Of a DNA stretch of 64,000 nt, positions 1 through 12,616 are shown piece after piece. The DNA comes from Microthrixaceae bacterium. Lineage in GTDB: Bacteria; Actinomycetota; Acidimicrobiia; Acidimicrobiales; Acidimicrobilacustridaceae. A model generated the notes under the pieces. It was not told the origin of the DNA and ran no database searches. It saw nothing but the letters and a program-made list of their open reading frames with translations. Made by a program: the position numbers and the translations under genes. Position 1 is the stretch's first letter; the number at the start of each line of letters is the position of its first letter. The stretch spans positions 432-64,431 of the forward strand of contig CANGMY010000001.1 in the NCBI GenBank assembly GCA_947455015.1, read 5' to 3'.

Positions 1-1
1 C

Positions 2-754
2 GAACGGCGGAACGACGGCGTTGCTGTTGTCCGTCTACAGAACGGCAAGGTCAATTCGTTGTCGTCGGAGGTTTTGCGACAGTTACGTGCGGCCGCGGAA
101 GCGCTGACCGTCACTCCGCCAGGAGCCGTTGTTGTCGTCGGTAGTGATCGCATTTTCGCAGCGGGTGCAGATATCTCGGAGTTTGCGGGCCCAGACGAAG
201 CGCGTTCGATCGGACGTCTCTTTCTCGAAGCGCTGAACGCCGTTGCCGCGATCCCGCGAGTCGTGATTGCTGCCGTTGCTGGTCCGGCGCTTGGCGGCGG
301 TTGTGAACTCGCGTTGGCCTGCGATCTGCGTGTGTGTTCGACCAGCGCGAAGTTTGGTCAGCCGGAAATCCTCTTGGGCATCATTCCGGGTGGCGGTGGC
401 ACGCAACGCCTCGCACGTTTGGTTGGTCCATCACGTGCCAAGGACCTCATCCTGAGTGGTCGTCAGGTTCGCGCCGATGAAGCATTGCGAATCGGTCTTG
501 CCGATGAAGTTGTCGAACCTGAACAACTTGAATTTCGTGCGCTTGAACTTGCCGCGCAGTATGCAGCCGGGCCTGTGCAAGCTCATGCAATTGCCAAACG
601 AGTGATCGATGCTGGTCTCGAAGGAACCTTGGCCGACGGTCTAGAACTCGAACAGGATGCCTTCGTCGAGGTATTCAGGACAGACGATGCGCGCATTGGC
701 GTGGCCTCATTCCTCGAGAACGGGCCCGGGAAAGCGCAGTTCACCGGGCAATGA
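2..754 (+). CDS. Enoyl-CoA hydratase/isomerase (crotonase) family, 5' end outside the window
   Basis: FAAGADI, ALGGGCELALACD and FGQPEILLGIIPGGGGTQRL motifs; frame is open back to position 2. Confidence 0.9.
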   Translation, partial: ERRNDGVAVVRLQNGKVNSLSSEVLRQLRAAAEALTVTPPGAVVVVGSDRIFAAGADISEFAGPDEARSIGRLFLEALNAVAAIPRVVIAAVAGPALGGGCELALACDLRVCSTSAKFGQPEILLGIIPGGGGTQRLARLVGPSRAKDLILSGRQVRADEALRIGLADEVVEPEQLEFRALELAAQYAAGPVQAHAIAKRVIDAGLEGTLADGLELEQDAFVEVFRTDDARIGVASFLENGPGKAQFTGQ

Positions 755-797
755 GCTCGTCAATAGGCGTCAACCGATCATCAAGCGTTGGTGTGTG

Positions 798-1682
798 ATG
801 ACACAACCAATGTCGACCTGTTATCGACATCCGAACAATCGTGCGGGTGTCAGTTGTCAGCGATGCAATCGTCCGATCTGCGGCGCATGTATGACGCCAG
901 CATCGGTTGGTTTCCAGTGTCCAGAGTGCATCAAAGGTGCGGCCAAGAAATCCCCGGTGATTCGTTTCAGTGAAATGCGCGCTGGCCGGCCGATCGTGAC
1001 CGAAGTTCTCATTGCGTTAAACGTGATTGGTGTCATCGCAGTTGTTGCCACCGGTGGCTCGCTCTTTAACGGAGGCGGCAGAGCGACCGAACAAGGTATG
1101 ACGCTTGGCCAGGGAGTGATGTATTCGTCTTCCGGCGGCCGTGCAACGATCGAATTTGTTGGCGTCGCGTATGGGGAATGGTGGCGAATCGTCACCGGTG
1201 GTTTCCTGCATTCGGGCCTGCTGCATTTCGGAATGAACATGCTGCTGCTGTACTTGCTTGGCAAGCAGCTTGAACCACTTCTCGGCAAGGCCCGATTTGC
1301 TGCGCTTTACGTCGCCTGTCTTGTCGGCGGTTCGTTCGGAGCGTTACTCGTATCGCCCATGGTGGGAACCGTCGGCGCGTCGGGTGCGGTGTTCGGACTC
1401 ATGGGAGCAGCGGTTGTCGCTCAGCGTCGGTCAGGAATCGATGTGTGGCGTAACGGCATCGGCGGACTTGTTGTCATCAACCTGTTGCTGACATTCGCGG
1501 TGCCTGGGATCGCCATCGGCGCTCACGTCGGTGGACTCGTGATCGGAGTTGCCGTTGGCGCGCTCGTGTTCGCGCTCGATAGTGCAGTCCGAAGTCCGTG
1601 GGTAGGAACCGCCGCCTGTGTCGCAATCACGGTTGCGTTGTGGGTCGGTTGCCTAGTGGCCGCGTCACGATTCGTGAACTGA
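798..1682 (+). CDS. Rhomboid intramembrane serine protease with N-terminal Cys/His zinc-finger
   Basis: CYRHP...CQRCNRPICGAC...CPEC N-terminus; WWR loop, FLH...HFGMN, GASG nucleophile, AHVGG His; start moved to ATG 798. Confidence 0.88.
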   Translation: MTQPMSTCYRHPNNRAGVSCQRCNRPICGACMTPASVGFQCPECIKGAAKKSPVIRFSEMRAGRPIVTEVLIALNVIGVIAVVATGGSLFNGGGRATEQGMTLGQGVMYSSSGGRATIEFVGVAYGEWWRIVTGGFLHSGLLHFGMNMLLLYLLGKQLEPLLGKARFAALYVACLVGGSFGALLVSPMVGTVGASGAVFGLMGAAVVAQRRSGIDVWRNGIGGLVVINLLLTFAVPGIAIGAHVGGLVIGVAVGALVFALDSAVRSPWVGTAACVAITVALWVGCLVAASRFVN

Positions 1683-2123
1683 ACCTTCAGATTCAACGAT
1701 TGCTTTCAGCTCTTTGAGGTTTCGCTTCCAGATCAGTTTGAGAACCTGACCGCCAACCACGGCGCCAACTGGGCCGCCCATCCACCAAGGAAAGCGGAGT
1801 GATTCTTTCCACTGAAAACCGGCGCGGTCTTCGCCGATAGGAAGGATTGTGAATGCTCCGGTTCCGGTCACCATTCCGACATGGCGGACACCAATTGTGG
1901 TGGCGTCATCCCACTCAGTGATTTCCATTTTGTCGGTGAGGCGAAATGGTCCGACTTTGGTGTCGCAGTCGAACGTGGTCCCGACTCCGGAAATGGATTC
2001 GGACGTGAACCGGATGGCTACTGCATCGTGCATCCAGTCAACATGGTCGGCGACGTTCTCAACAACCGCCCAGACCTTGTCGGGAGTTGCGTTGATTACG
2101 GTGCTGACCCTGATGGTTGCCAT
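1665..2123 (-). CDS. SRPBCC (START/polyketide cyclase-like) protein
   Basis: STVINATPDKVW N-terminus, GVGTTF, C-terminal helix; TACGCT 6 nt upstream of ATG 2123. Confidence 0.8.
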   Translation of the reverse strand: MATIRVSTVINATPDKVWAVVENVADHVDWMHDAVAIRFTSESISGVGTTFDCDTKVGPFRLTDKMEITEWDDATTIGVRHVGMVTGTGAFTILPIGEDRAGFQWKESLRFPWWMGGPVGAVVGGQVLKLIWKRNLKELKAIVESEGSVHES

Positions 2124-2152
2124 GCCCACAGCGTAGAGAGCAATGGCTCAAA

Positions 2153-2920
2153 TCACGCTGTCGGGGCGTAAATCGAAACGTGAGCTGTGCTCTCGTTCGT
2201 AAATGGCGTGCCATTCCAGTCGCTCTGTCGCTCGAGAAGTACGAGCCCAGCGGTGTGCGCAGCGGCATCAAGTTGCTCTGGTCCACAGATGAGAACTGAC
2301 CACGGCCGAACCCTGACGACACCGGGCCACACTTCAATGTGCCGACCGTGAAGGCGCGATGTCGATCGGTCATAGGTCGTTTCGATAAAGACCGGAGCAT
2401 CTGATTCGACTCGTGCAGGGGAGAGTGACTGCGCAGGAATCATTGATTCATCGATGGGGACAAATGCTTCGACAACAACACGCCCGTCGGGAAGCAGGAA
2501 CTCTCTGCTTCCTTGAAAGCATCGTGAGAGTGCATCGAAGTTCTTGACATTGAGCAACGTGTTGAACGCGCAGAACACGAGAGAGAAGCGATCGGTGAGA
2601 TCAGCCGAGCGCAATGAATGTTCGATGTTGGCCATGTCGCCGAGCACGGGAACGACCGAACGAGTTGGGTCGACTCTCTCGAGTTCGTCAAGCATTTCCT
2701 GGGACGCGTCGATTCCGACGACGCGCACGCCGGAGCGAGAGAGGGGCAGGGCAAGACGACCAGTACCAACCCCCAGTTCAAGGATGGGTCCAGAACCTGC
2801 GAGTTGCAGCAATGCTGCGACGGCGGCATCGGTCTCAAAGGAGGTCGCGTACCAATCGTCGTAGACGTCAGCGAACGATCGGCCATAGGTACTTGGGTCG
2901 CTGGATTCGTTGGTGGCCAC
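2153..2920 (-). CDS. Class I SAM-dependent methyltransferase
   Basis: YGRSFADVYDDWY, ILELGVGTGR, GIDAS, GDM motifs; start trimmed to GTG 2920 because the longer ORF overlaps iscS. Confidence 0.85.
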   Translation of the reverse strand: MATNESSDPSTYGRSFADVYDDWYATSFETDAAVAALLQLAGSGPILELGVGTGRLALPLSRSGVRVVGIDASQEMLDELERVDPTRSVVPVLGDMANIEHSLRSADLTDRFSLVFCAFNTLLNVKNFDALSRCFQGSREFLLPDGRVVVEAFVPIDESMIPAQSLSPARVESDAPVFIETTYDRSTSRLHGRHIEVWPGVVRVRPWSVLICGPEQLDAAAHTAGLVLLERQSDWNGTPFTNESTAHVSIYAPTA

Positions 2921-2971
2921 CTCGGAAGTCTGCCCGCGATGGCGATGTCTGCCCACCGGTAGCCTTGGCCC

Positions 2972-4105
2972 ATGACGTCGTATCTCGATCACGCTGCAAC
3001 AGGGCCGATGCGTCCTGAAGCGATTGAGTCGATGTTGCCGTTCCTTTCCGAACGATTCGCCAATCCATCTGGTGCGCATCGTTTCGCCCGAGATGCTCGC
3101 CGCGCTGTCGATGACGCGCGTGAAGAATTCGCAGGGCTCGTCGGAGCTGAACCCGGCGACATCATTTTCACGAGTGGCGGAACCGAATCGGACAACTTGG
3201 CCATCTTTGGCTTGGGCTCTGGCGACGGCGTTCCTGTCTGCAGTGCAGTGGAACATCATGCAGTCCTTGATCCCGTCGAAGCTCTCGGCGGACGTTTGGT
3301 TGGCGTCGATCGAAACGGAGTGGTCGATCCAGCCGAACTTCGACGGGTACTGAACGAAGGGCCCGTCCGTGTTGTTTCGCTCATGGTGGTCAACAACGAA
3401 ACCGGCGTCATTGCTGACCTCGCCTCGTTAGCAAAGGTCGTTCGGTCTGCGGCACCCGATGCCGTCCTTCACTCCGATGCTGTGCAGGCCTTTTGTTGGA
3501 CCGACATCGCCGAGCAGTGTTCGGTCGTCGATTCATTCAGTTTGAGTGCCCACAAATTTGGTGGACCGAAGGGCGTGGGTGCGCTTGTCGTGCGTGCTGG
3601 GGTCCCGCTTTCTCCTCGTCAACTCGGGGGTGGTCAGGAGCGCGAACGCCGATCGGGAACGCAGAATGTTCCTGGCATTGTGGCCATGGTGACTGCGGCT
3701 CGTCTCGCCGCCGAAGACCGAGCCGCCGATATCGCTCGTATCGGTGCGCTGCGCGACCAACTCCTCGACGGTCTACTCGCTGCGCTCCCGGGAACGGTTG
3801 AGACTGCAGGCTCCGATCGTTCTCAACGGGCTGCAGGCATCGCTCACCTTTGTTTCCCCGGCGTCGAGAGCGAAGCGTTGCTGTTCTTGCTTGAGCGTGG
3901 CGACGTTTCAGCCTCAGCCGCTTCGTCATGCGCGAGCGGAGCGTTGCAGTCTTCACATGTCCTTGGGGCGATGGGCATCGAGACGGATTTAGCCAGAGGT
4001 TCGCTGCGTTTGTCGTTGGGGTGGTCAACCACGCAGGCCAATATCGACGAAGCGCTCACTGTGATTCCACCCGCAGTTGAACGACTCCGACAGTTCGGGA
4101 TCTGA
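2972..4105 (+). CDS. iscS: Cysteine desulfurase (IscS/NifS, class V PLP)
   Basis: YLDHAAT, FTSGGTESDN, HSDAVQA, SAHKFGGPKG, SAASSC catalytic Cys; adjacent to mnmA. Confidence 0.92.
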   Translation: MTSYLDHAATGPMRPEAIESMLPFLSERFANPSGAHRFARDARRAVDDAREEFAGLVGAEPGDIIFTSGGTESDNLAIFGLGSGDGVPVCSAVEHHAVLDPVEALGGRLVGVDRNGVVDPAELRRVLNEGPVRVVSLMVVNNETGVIADLASLAKVVRSAAPDAVLHSDAVQAFCWTDIAEQCSVVDSFSLSAHKFGGPKGVGALVVRAGVPLSPRQLGGGQERERRSGTQNVPGIVAMVTAARLAAEDRAADIARIGALRDQLLDGLLAALPGTVETAGSDRSQRAAGIAHLCFPGVESEALLFLLERGDVSASAASSCASGALQSSHVLGAMGIETDLARGSLRLSLGWSTTQANIDEALTVIPPAVERLRQFGI

Positions 4106-4107
4106 TC

Positions 4108-5175
4108 ATGCAGGTAATGGTTGCAATGTCCGGTGGCGTTGACTCCTCAGTTGCTGCAGCAATGCTGCGCGACCAAGGGCACGATGTCGTCGGTGTCACG
4201 CTCAAACTCTGGGGCGGAGAATCTGATTCCGGGTGTTGTTCGGTAAGCGATGTTGACGACGCTCGCCGCGTTGCTCAGCAGTTAGATATTGATCATCTCG
4301 TCTTCAATTTCTCTGAAGATTTTGATCGCGATGTCGTCGATCCTTATGTGGCTGATCACGCTCGTGGCATCACGCCAAACCCGTGCATCGAATGCAACCG
4401 CCACCTCAAGTTCGATCGTCTAATGGCACGGGCCGATGCCCTTGGCTTCGAGATGGTTGCCACAGGCCATCACGCACAGATTGTTCGCACGGCTTCTGGG
4501 CAACCTCGACTCACACGAGGCGCTGATTTCGCGAAAGATCAGAGTTACGTCCTGCACATGCTTACGGCATCGCAGCTTGAGCGCATCATGCTGCCAATCG
4601 GAGGTATGACAAAAGACGAGGTTCGCGAACGCGCAACCGAGTTGGGTCTTCGTACCGCTGGTAAGCCTGACAGCCAGGATGTCTGTTTCATTTCGCACAC
4701 AGGTGGCGGGCGTCGAGTATTTCTCGGCAATCGCATCGAGATGCATCCAGCGCGCGTGGTCGACGAAACCGGCACACAGTTGGGTTCTGTTGAGGCAGTT
4801 GAGCTCGTGACAATTGGTCAGCGTCGTGGTCTCGGCGTTGGTATCGATGGACGACCGCGTTACGCGCTCGATGTCGACGTACCGAACCGCACGGTGCTTG
4901 TTGGAGCTCCCGAGGAACTCGACGTTTCAGGTGAGTTGTTGAACTCGTTCACATGGGTCGATGAAAGCGCTCGATCTGAAACGTTGATGTCGAACACTGT
5001 TTCGGCGCAAGCAAGCGCTCATGGCGAGTCTCTTGCGATTCGTGAACTGCGCGAGACCGATGCTGGGCTTGAACTCGTCTGGGAGTCACCGACTCGTCGC
5101 GTTGCGCCCGGTCAAAGCATCGTGCTGTATGACAACGACCTTGTCGTCGGCGGTGGGCTCGTTAGTCGACGGTAA
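4108..5175 (+). CDS. mnmA: tRNA 2-thiouridine(34) synthase MnmA
   Basis: AMSGGVDSS PP-loop, TPNPCIECN, ATGHHA, KDQSYVL, DSQDVCF. Confidence 0.96.
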   Translation: MQVMVAMSGGVDSSVAAAMLRDQGHDVVGVTLKLWGGESDSGCCSVSDVDDARRVAQQLDIDHLVFNFSEDFDRDVVDPYVADHARGITPNPCIECNRHLKFDRLMARADALGFEMVATGHHAQIVRTASGQPRLTRGADFAKDQSYVLHMLTASQLERIMLPIGGMTKDEVRERATELGLRTAGKPDSQDVCFISHTGGGRRVFLGNRIEMHPARVVDETGTQLGSVEAVELVTIGQRRGLGVGIDGRPRYALDVDVPNRTVLVGAPEELDVSGELLNSFTWVDESARSETLMSNTVSAQASAHGESLAIRELRETDAGLELVWESPTRRVAPGQSIVLYDNDLVVGGGLVSRR

Positions 5176-6058
5176 GTCGTCGTTCCTTGGCGGCTTCGAG
5201 CACCCAACCCGGGCGGCTCGGTGCGAATCGAACAGCGTCGACCTCGACGGGTTCGATCACCTTGCGTCGATCGCGTCGTGTGGGCGTCGGAATTATCGAG
5301 TCAGTTGCGGAAAGTCGGAGCTCAACCTGGATGCCGATCGCCCCTGCGCTGAGGTCGGCTGCGCTCGACCCATCTTCGGCGAGGCCAATCGAACGAACAA
5401 CGTGGCGTTGAACGAGAAGCGCGTCGAGGAGAGAGGTTCGGTCGACGAGAACGAGCCCAGCGGGCACAAACACGAGCCACCGTTTCGAAAGTTGGTGGAG
5501 TGCCCGTGAGCCTCCGACGCAGAGTGCAATCGCAAGCAGCGTGATGAGTGCGCCAAGAACCCATTGTTTGGACGCAAGAAGGAGGGGGCCTGCAAGAACT
5601 GCAGCGACCATCGCGACCCACACAAGTTCGAGAGGTCCGAGAACGACTGGTCCGGGCGGACGAAGTGGAAACCGTCGTTCGTCTCCGTACGACGATCCGT
5701 TGATGAACGTGTACCCAACTGCGGCGGAAAGCGAGAGCACTGCACAGAGCGACGTGATGCCGAGAGCGAATGATTCCGCGAAGTCGGCGCCGTTTGGAAC
5801 CACGAGTGCAGCCCATGCAGCTGCGACCAACGACGCGGGCATGACGATTCGGATCGTTGTAAGCGAGACAGAACTTGGAGCGAGAGCGGCAATGAGCCCC
5901 ACAACCCAGATCGACCACAGACCGATCGCTGCGGTGAGTGTCACCGGTATGGAGCGGTGGTTGAGGGCATGAGCAAACGAGGTGCCCGCGGTGAGGGGGA
6001 GCGACAGCCAAATGAGGGCCGGAGCCCAGCGACTGATTGCCTTGCTGGTGGGGGTCAT
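5162..6058 (-). CDS. Hypothetical multi-pass membrane protein with soluble C-terminal domain
   Basis: About six hydrophobic segments, then a polar domain; fills the gap between mnmA and the MetE-like gene; start uncertain. Confidence 0.7.
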   Translation of the reverse strand: MTPTSKAISRWAPALIWLSLPLTAGTSFAHALNHRSIPVTLTAAIGLWSIWVVGLIAALAPSSVSLTTIRIVMPASLVAAAWAALVVPNGADFAESFALGITSLCAVLSLSAAVGYTFINGSSYGDERRFPLRPPGPVVLGPLELVWVAMVAAVLAGPLLLASKQWVLGALITLLAIALCVGGSRALHQLSKRWLVFVPAGLVLVDRTSLLDALLVQRHVVRSIGLAEDGSSAADLSAGAIGIQVELRLSATDSIIPTPTRRDRRKVIEPVEVDAVRFAPSRPGWVLEAAKERRLTVD

Positions 6059-6205
6059 CACTGTTGAGATTTGCCGATTCTGGCCGCCATCGCTAACCAT
6101 GTGACTTCGGCCACAAAATTCCGACCGATTCTCGACTCGGATGTGGGCGAAACCTTCGGGACGGTGCGGCATGAATTTCGACGACACGAGCGGAAGGCGT
6201 TGACG

Positions 6206-7225
6206 ATGAGTTCACGCGTCGCGTCGTTGTCGTTGCCGTCGGGTTTGTCGACTGGCATTGGATATTTGCCTCACTGCGATCCAGGCGATGCCGTGGAGTT
6301 CGTGCTCCGACACAGCCCGAGATTGCCGTCGGCCCCGTCGCTGCCTGCTCGGTCGCGTCGCGAAGGCATGATCGCTCAAGCAGCATCAGGACTCGCTGGC
6401 GTTGCGATTGGTGACGATGGTTCGATCGATGTCGACCTTTCACTGATCGACCCCGAGGCGCCGCTTGATGACGAGCGTTTGTCGAGTGATGCGTGGGTCG
6501 GACTGCGCGCGTTTCTTAACGCGGTGGCCGATCGCGACGGCCCGATCAAGGTGTCACTCACTGGCCCAGTGACCTTGGGTATTGCGTTGTGGGGTGCTGG
6601 AATCGAAATCGATCTCGCATTCCGCATAGCGGGTCATGCGGTGCGCGCTCGTATCGAACGCCTGGTCGACCATGTGCTTTTACGGGTGCCGCAAGCGCAA
6701 GTTGTTGTGTTCCTCGATGAGCCGGCGATGGGTTCGCTCACCGATGAAGGCTTTCCGATTGGCCCAAACGACGGCATCGACCTCGTGTCTTCTGCGATGG
6801 CCGTGGTTGAGTCAAAGGCGATTACCGGACTCCACTGCTGCACCGCAGTCGACTATCGACTTCTACTCAGCACCGGTCCGCGGATTCTCTCTGTTCCAGT
6901 TGACGATCGCATCGCGAAACATTCAGGACTTGTTGGCGACTATCTCGACCGCGGCGGATGGATTGCGTGGGGCGCAGTTCCGACCGATGGCCCGATTGGC
7001 ACGAGCGTCGATCGACTGTGGAGACGGCTGTCGACAGTTTGGTGCGATCTTGCGAACGAAGGATGCGATCCGTTGTTGCTGCGCACAAACGCAATCATCA
7101 CGCCCGTTTGCGGTCTCGCTCAGCACGGTGTGACTCAGGCGGAACAAGTGATGGAGCACACGTCGCGATTGGCCGAACGACTGCAGGGCCAAGCGGCTGG
7201 TACTCGCATCTCGGTTGGTGCCTGA
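6206..7225 (+). CDS. Cobalamin-independent methionine synthase catalytic-domain-like protein (single barrel)
   Basis: TGIGYLPH, KVSLTGPVTL, FLDEP, GLHCC, TPVCGL motifs; same position upstream of ligA as in other actinobacteria. Confidence 0.75.
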   Translation: MSSRVASLSLPSGLSTGIGYLPHCDPGDAVEFVLRHSPRLPSAPSLPARSRREGMIAQAASGLAGVAIGDDGSIDVDLSLIDPEAPLDDERLSSDAWVGLRAFLNAVADRDGPIKVSLTGPVTLGIALWGAGIEIDLAFRIAGHAVRARIERLVDHVLLRVPQAQVVVFLDEPAMGSLTDEGFPIGPNDGIDLVSSAMAVVESKAITGLHCCTAVDYRLLLSTGPRILSVPVDDRIAKHSGLVGDYLDRGGWIAWGAVPTDGPIGTSVDRLWRRLSTVWCDLANEGCDPLLLRTNAIITPVCGLAQHGVTQAEQVMEHTSRLAERLQGQAAGTRISVGA

Positions 7226-7255
7226 ACGCGACGCTTGGGCTGCTGCTCTCGCTAG

Positions 7256-9972
<2,717 letters not shown>

Positions 9973-10018
9973 CATCAGAGTGATCGCAAGCGAATGAGCT
10001 CTGCGATCGACAACGCCA

Positions 10019-10519
10019 TTAGATGACGGTGAAGCACCAACTTCTGCTTGAACTCACCGACGGCCCGAACGCGGTTTGCCAATAGGTGGCGATCATGCAG
10101 TTCTGACCTGCTGGGAGCGTGTCGTAGACCTTGCCTGGTCCTGCTTTGAACGTGACCTGATTGGTTTGCGGAACGACGTAGGTCTGATCGAGCGGCAGGG
10201 GAATCCCGTTGAGCGTGAGCGATGCTTCGTACCCGGGTGCCATATCGATTCCGATGATGTCCTGTTGAAGAATCTTTGCCCCGGGTGTGGGGATGAGGCG
10301 TTGGATGCGTCCGCCGTCGAGTTCGGTGGTGTCGGAGGTTCCGAGTTGAGCAACCATGACAATGCACACCGCAGCGATCATGAGCAGCGCGGCGTAGGCG
10401 AGAAAGCGGGGCTTGAAACGACGGGTTGACGACGCCGCGGGATTGGCGGAGTCGGCGGTCGAGCCTGTGGTGTCGTTCGCTGAGTCGGAAGTAGTCACCC
10501 CAAGAGTCTGCCCGCTCAT
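10019..10519 (-). CDS. Hypothetical membrane-anchored protein with probable extracellular beta-sandwich domain
   Basis: One N-terminal TM helix after basic residues; beta-rich C-terminus ending SWCFTVI with two Cys. Confidence 0.65.
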   Translation of the reverse strand: MSGQTLGVTTSDSANDTTGSTADSANPAASSTRRFKPRFLAYAALLMIAAVCIVMVAQLGTSDTTELDGGRIQRLIPTPGAKILQQDIIGIDMAPGYEASLTLNGIPLPLDQTYVVPQTNQVTFKAGPGKVYDTLPAGQNCMIATYWQTAFGPSVSSSRSWCFTVI

Positions 10520-10611
10520 TCGTCGCGAGCCGGTCTCGGGTGTGACGATTTTCCGTCACGTCTTCGGCGAGGGTGACCGAAATCAGTAAGACCGAGAACT
10601 AGCCTCGCCCC

Positions 10612-12579
10612 GTGTCCAACGCCCGTGCTGCCGACCGCATCGGTCAGGTGCTCGGGGGGCGCTACCGGTTGCTGGCCCCCATCGGCACCGGGGCCTCCGC
10701 GACTGTCTACCTGGCCGATGACGTGGTTCTACGTCGTCGCGTCGCGGTCAAGGTTCTGCATGATGCTCTCGCGAGCGATGCATCGTTCCTCAAGCGGTTC
10801 CAAGCCGAAGCGCGCTCAGCTGCGGCATTGAATCACCCGCACATCATGGCTGTGCACGACTGGGGGCAGGGCGAAGTTCCGTACCTCGTCACCGAGTTGC
10901 TCGATGGTGGTTCATTGCGAGCGATGCTCGACGCCGGCAATCTCCTCGACCTCTCCCAAGCCCGCAACGTGGGTGTCGATACCGCGAGGGCCTTGGATTA
11001 CGCCCACCGCCGAGGTTTCGTGCATCGCGATATCAAACCGGCGAACCTTCTCTTCGACGATGAAGGAACGTTGCGCATTGCCGATTTCGGCCTTGCTCGT
11101 GCACTTGCCGAAGCGGCATGGACCGAACCAGCCGGTGCCGTTCTTGGCACTGCTCGCTATGCATCGCCAGAACAAGCTCAAGGCATCGTTCTTGATGGTC
11201 GCAGCGACGTCTACTCACTCGGCCTTGTGATTATCGAGTCAGTCACGGGACACCTTCCGTTTACTGCAGACACAACCCTGGGCACGCTTATGGCCCGCGT
11301 CGATCGCAATGTTCCCGTTCCCGATGTGCTCGGACCACTCGTGCCGGCCTTGCGCGCTGCGGGCGTTCCAAACCCTGCCGACCGACCCGACGCTGCTGAA
11401 TTCGCAACGATGCTCATGGCTGCTGGCGACATCGGTCCGGCGGCTCCGTTGCATTTGGCTGGCACGGTCGCACTGCAACCCGACCAACTTGATCCGCGGG
11501 AACCCACGACGATCTACATGCCAGAGCAAATTGTTCTCGGCGAGGCGACGACCACCGTTCCTAGCGGTCCAACGTTTGCCGATCCAACGATTGCGAACGA
11601 ACTGTTCACCGCAGCGCAGCCCGTTACGCGCACGATTAATCGTCCCGAAAGTGCAGCCGTAGCGACTGCAGCGCGTTCGGGGGAAGGGCCACGTCGTCGC
11701 GTTCCCGCAAAAGGCATGGCAGCGATCATCGCTTTGCTTCTTGTTGTCGGAGGCGCAGCTGCATTCTTCCTTTTGCGCACGCCTAGTCACACGCTTGCCG
11801 ATTACACGTCAATGTCTGCATCGGTTGCGCGAGGCGAACTTGAATCAAAGGGATTCAAGGTTGTCGACAACGGAACCTATTCCGAATCAGTCGCGATCGA
11901 TACGGTGATCGCGCAGGACCCGGTTGCGGGTACTTCGCTGGCCGAAGGAAAGACCGTCACTCTCACCGTGTCGTTGGGTCCACCACCGGTTCCGGTTCCA
12001 ACGGATCTACCTGGCAAGACGATCGACCAAGCGTCGGCGGCCCTCACTGCTGCAAGTCTCAAACTTGGTGTTGTCACCGATGCATTCGACGAAACCGTGG
12101 CGAAGGGGATCGTGCTGTCTCTGGCCGATGGCGTCACTGCTCAGATGCCGAAGGGTTCGGCAATCGGACTTGTCGTCAGTGCTGGTCCTAAACCTCGAAC
12201 AATTCCCGATATCGCGGGAAAGCCATTTGCCGAAGTTGCGCCGCAACTTGACGCGCTTGGCCTGAAAGTCACTCGGGTCGATGAGTATTCCGACACCGTG
12301 GCCGAGAACATCGTGATCTCGTCGTCCCCGGCTGCTGGTCAGACAGCGGCGAAGGGGAGTTCAGTCACTGTCACCGTTTCAAAGGGCAAGAAGCCGGTCA
12401 CGATCCCCGCCTCGATCGTTGGGAAATCCATCGCTGATGCCAGTGCTCAGCTCACGGCATTGGGCCTCACAGTGAGTGGTGTCGCCGGTAATCCGACCAA
12501 GACCGTGACGGGTTCGACACCTGCGGTCGGAACACAGGTCAAAGCAGGATCAGCAGTCACTCTTGTGACCTCTCCGTAA
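10612..12579 (+). CDS. Hanks-type Ser/Thr protein kinase with TM helix and four PASTA repeats (PknB/PknL-like)
   Basis: VAVK, HRDIKPAN, DFG, YASPE; TM segment; repeated S/T-P-x-A-G...V-T-L/V-x-V-S PASTA units. Confidence 0.93.
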   Translation: MSNARAADRIGQVLGGRYRLLAPIGTGASATVYLADDVVLRRRVAVKVLHDALASDASFLKRFQAEARSAAALNHPHIMAVHDWGQGEVPYLVTELLDGGSLRAMLDAGNLLDLSQARNVGVDTARALDYAHRRGFVHRDIKPANLLFDDEGTLRIADFGLARALAEAAWTEPAGAVLGTARYASPEQAQGIVLDGRSDVYSLGLVIIESVTGHLPFTADTTLGTLMARVDRNVPVPDVLGPLVPALRAAGVPNPADRPDAAEFATMLMAAGDIGPAAPLHLAGTVALQPDQLDPREPTTIYMPEQIVLGEATTTVPSGPTFADPTIANELFTAAQPVTRTINRPESAAVATAARSGEGPRRRVPAKGMAAIIALLLVVGGAAAFFLLRTPSHTLADYTSMSASVARGELESKGFKVVDNGTYSESVAIDTVIAQDPVAGTSLAEGKTVTLTVSLGPPPVPVPTDLPGKTIDQASAALTAASLKLGVVTDAFDETVAKGIVLSLADGVTAQMPKGSAIGLVVSAGPKPRTIPDIAGKPFAEVAPQLDALGLKVTRVDEYSDTVAENIVISSSPAAGQTAAKGSSVTVTVSKGKKPVTIPASIVGKSIADASAQLTALGLTVSGVAGNPTKTVTGSTPAVGTQVKAGSAVTLVTSP

Positions 12580-12616
12580 TCGGCACTTCGTCGCGTCGCC
12601 GATACCATCGCCATTC

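Noticed and set aside
2921-3259. Long N-terminal extensions in the ORF track (methyltransferase, MetE-like, gatA, vapC, serC, leuD, gltX, TauD, SDRs)
   Set aside because: They overlap neighbouring genes or promoters; downstream starts have SD or -10 support and begin at the family N-terminus.
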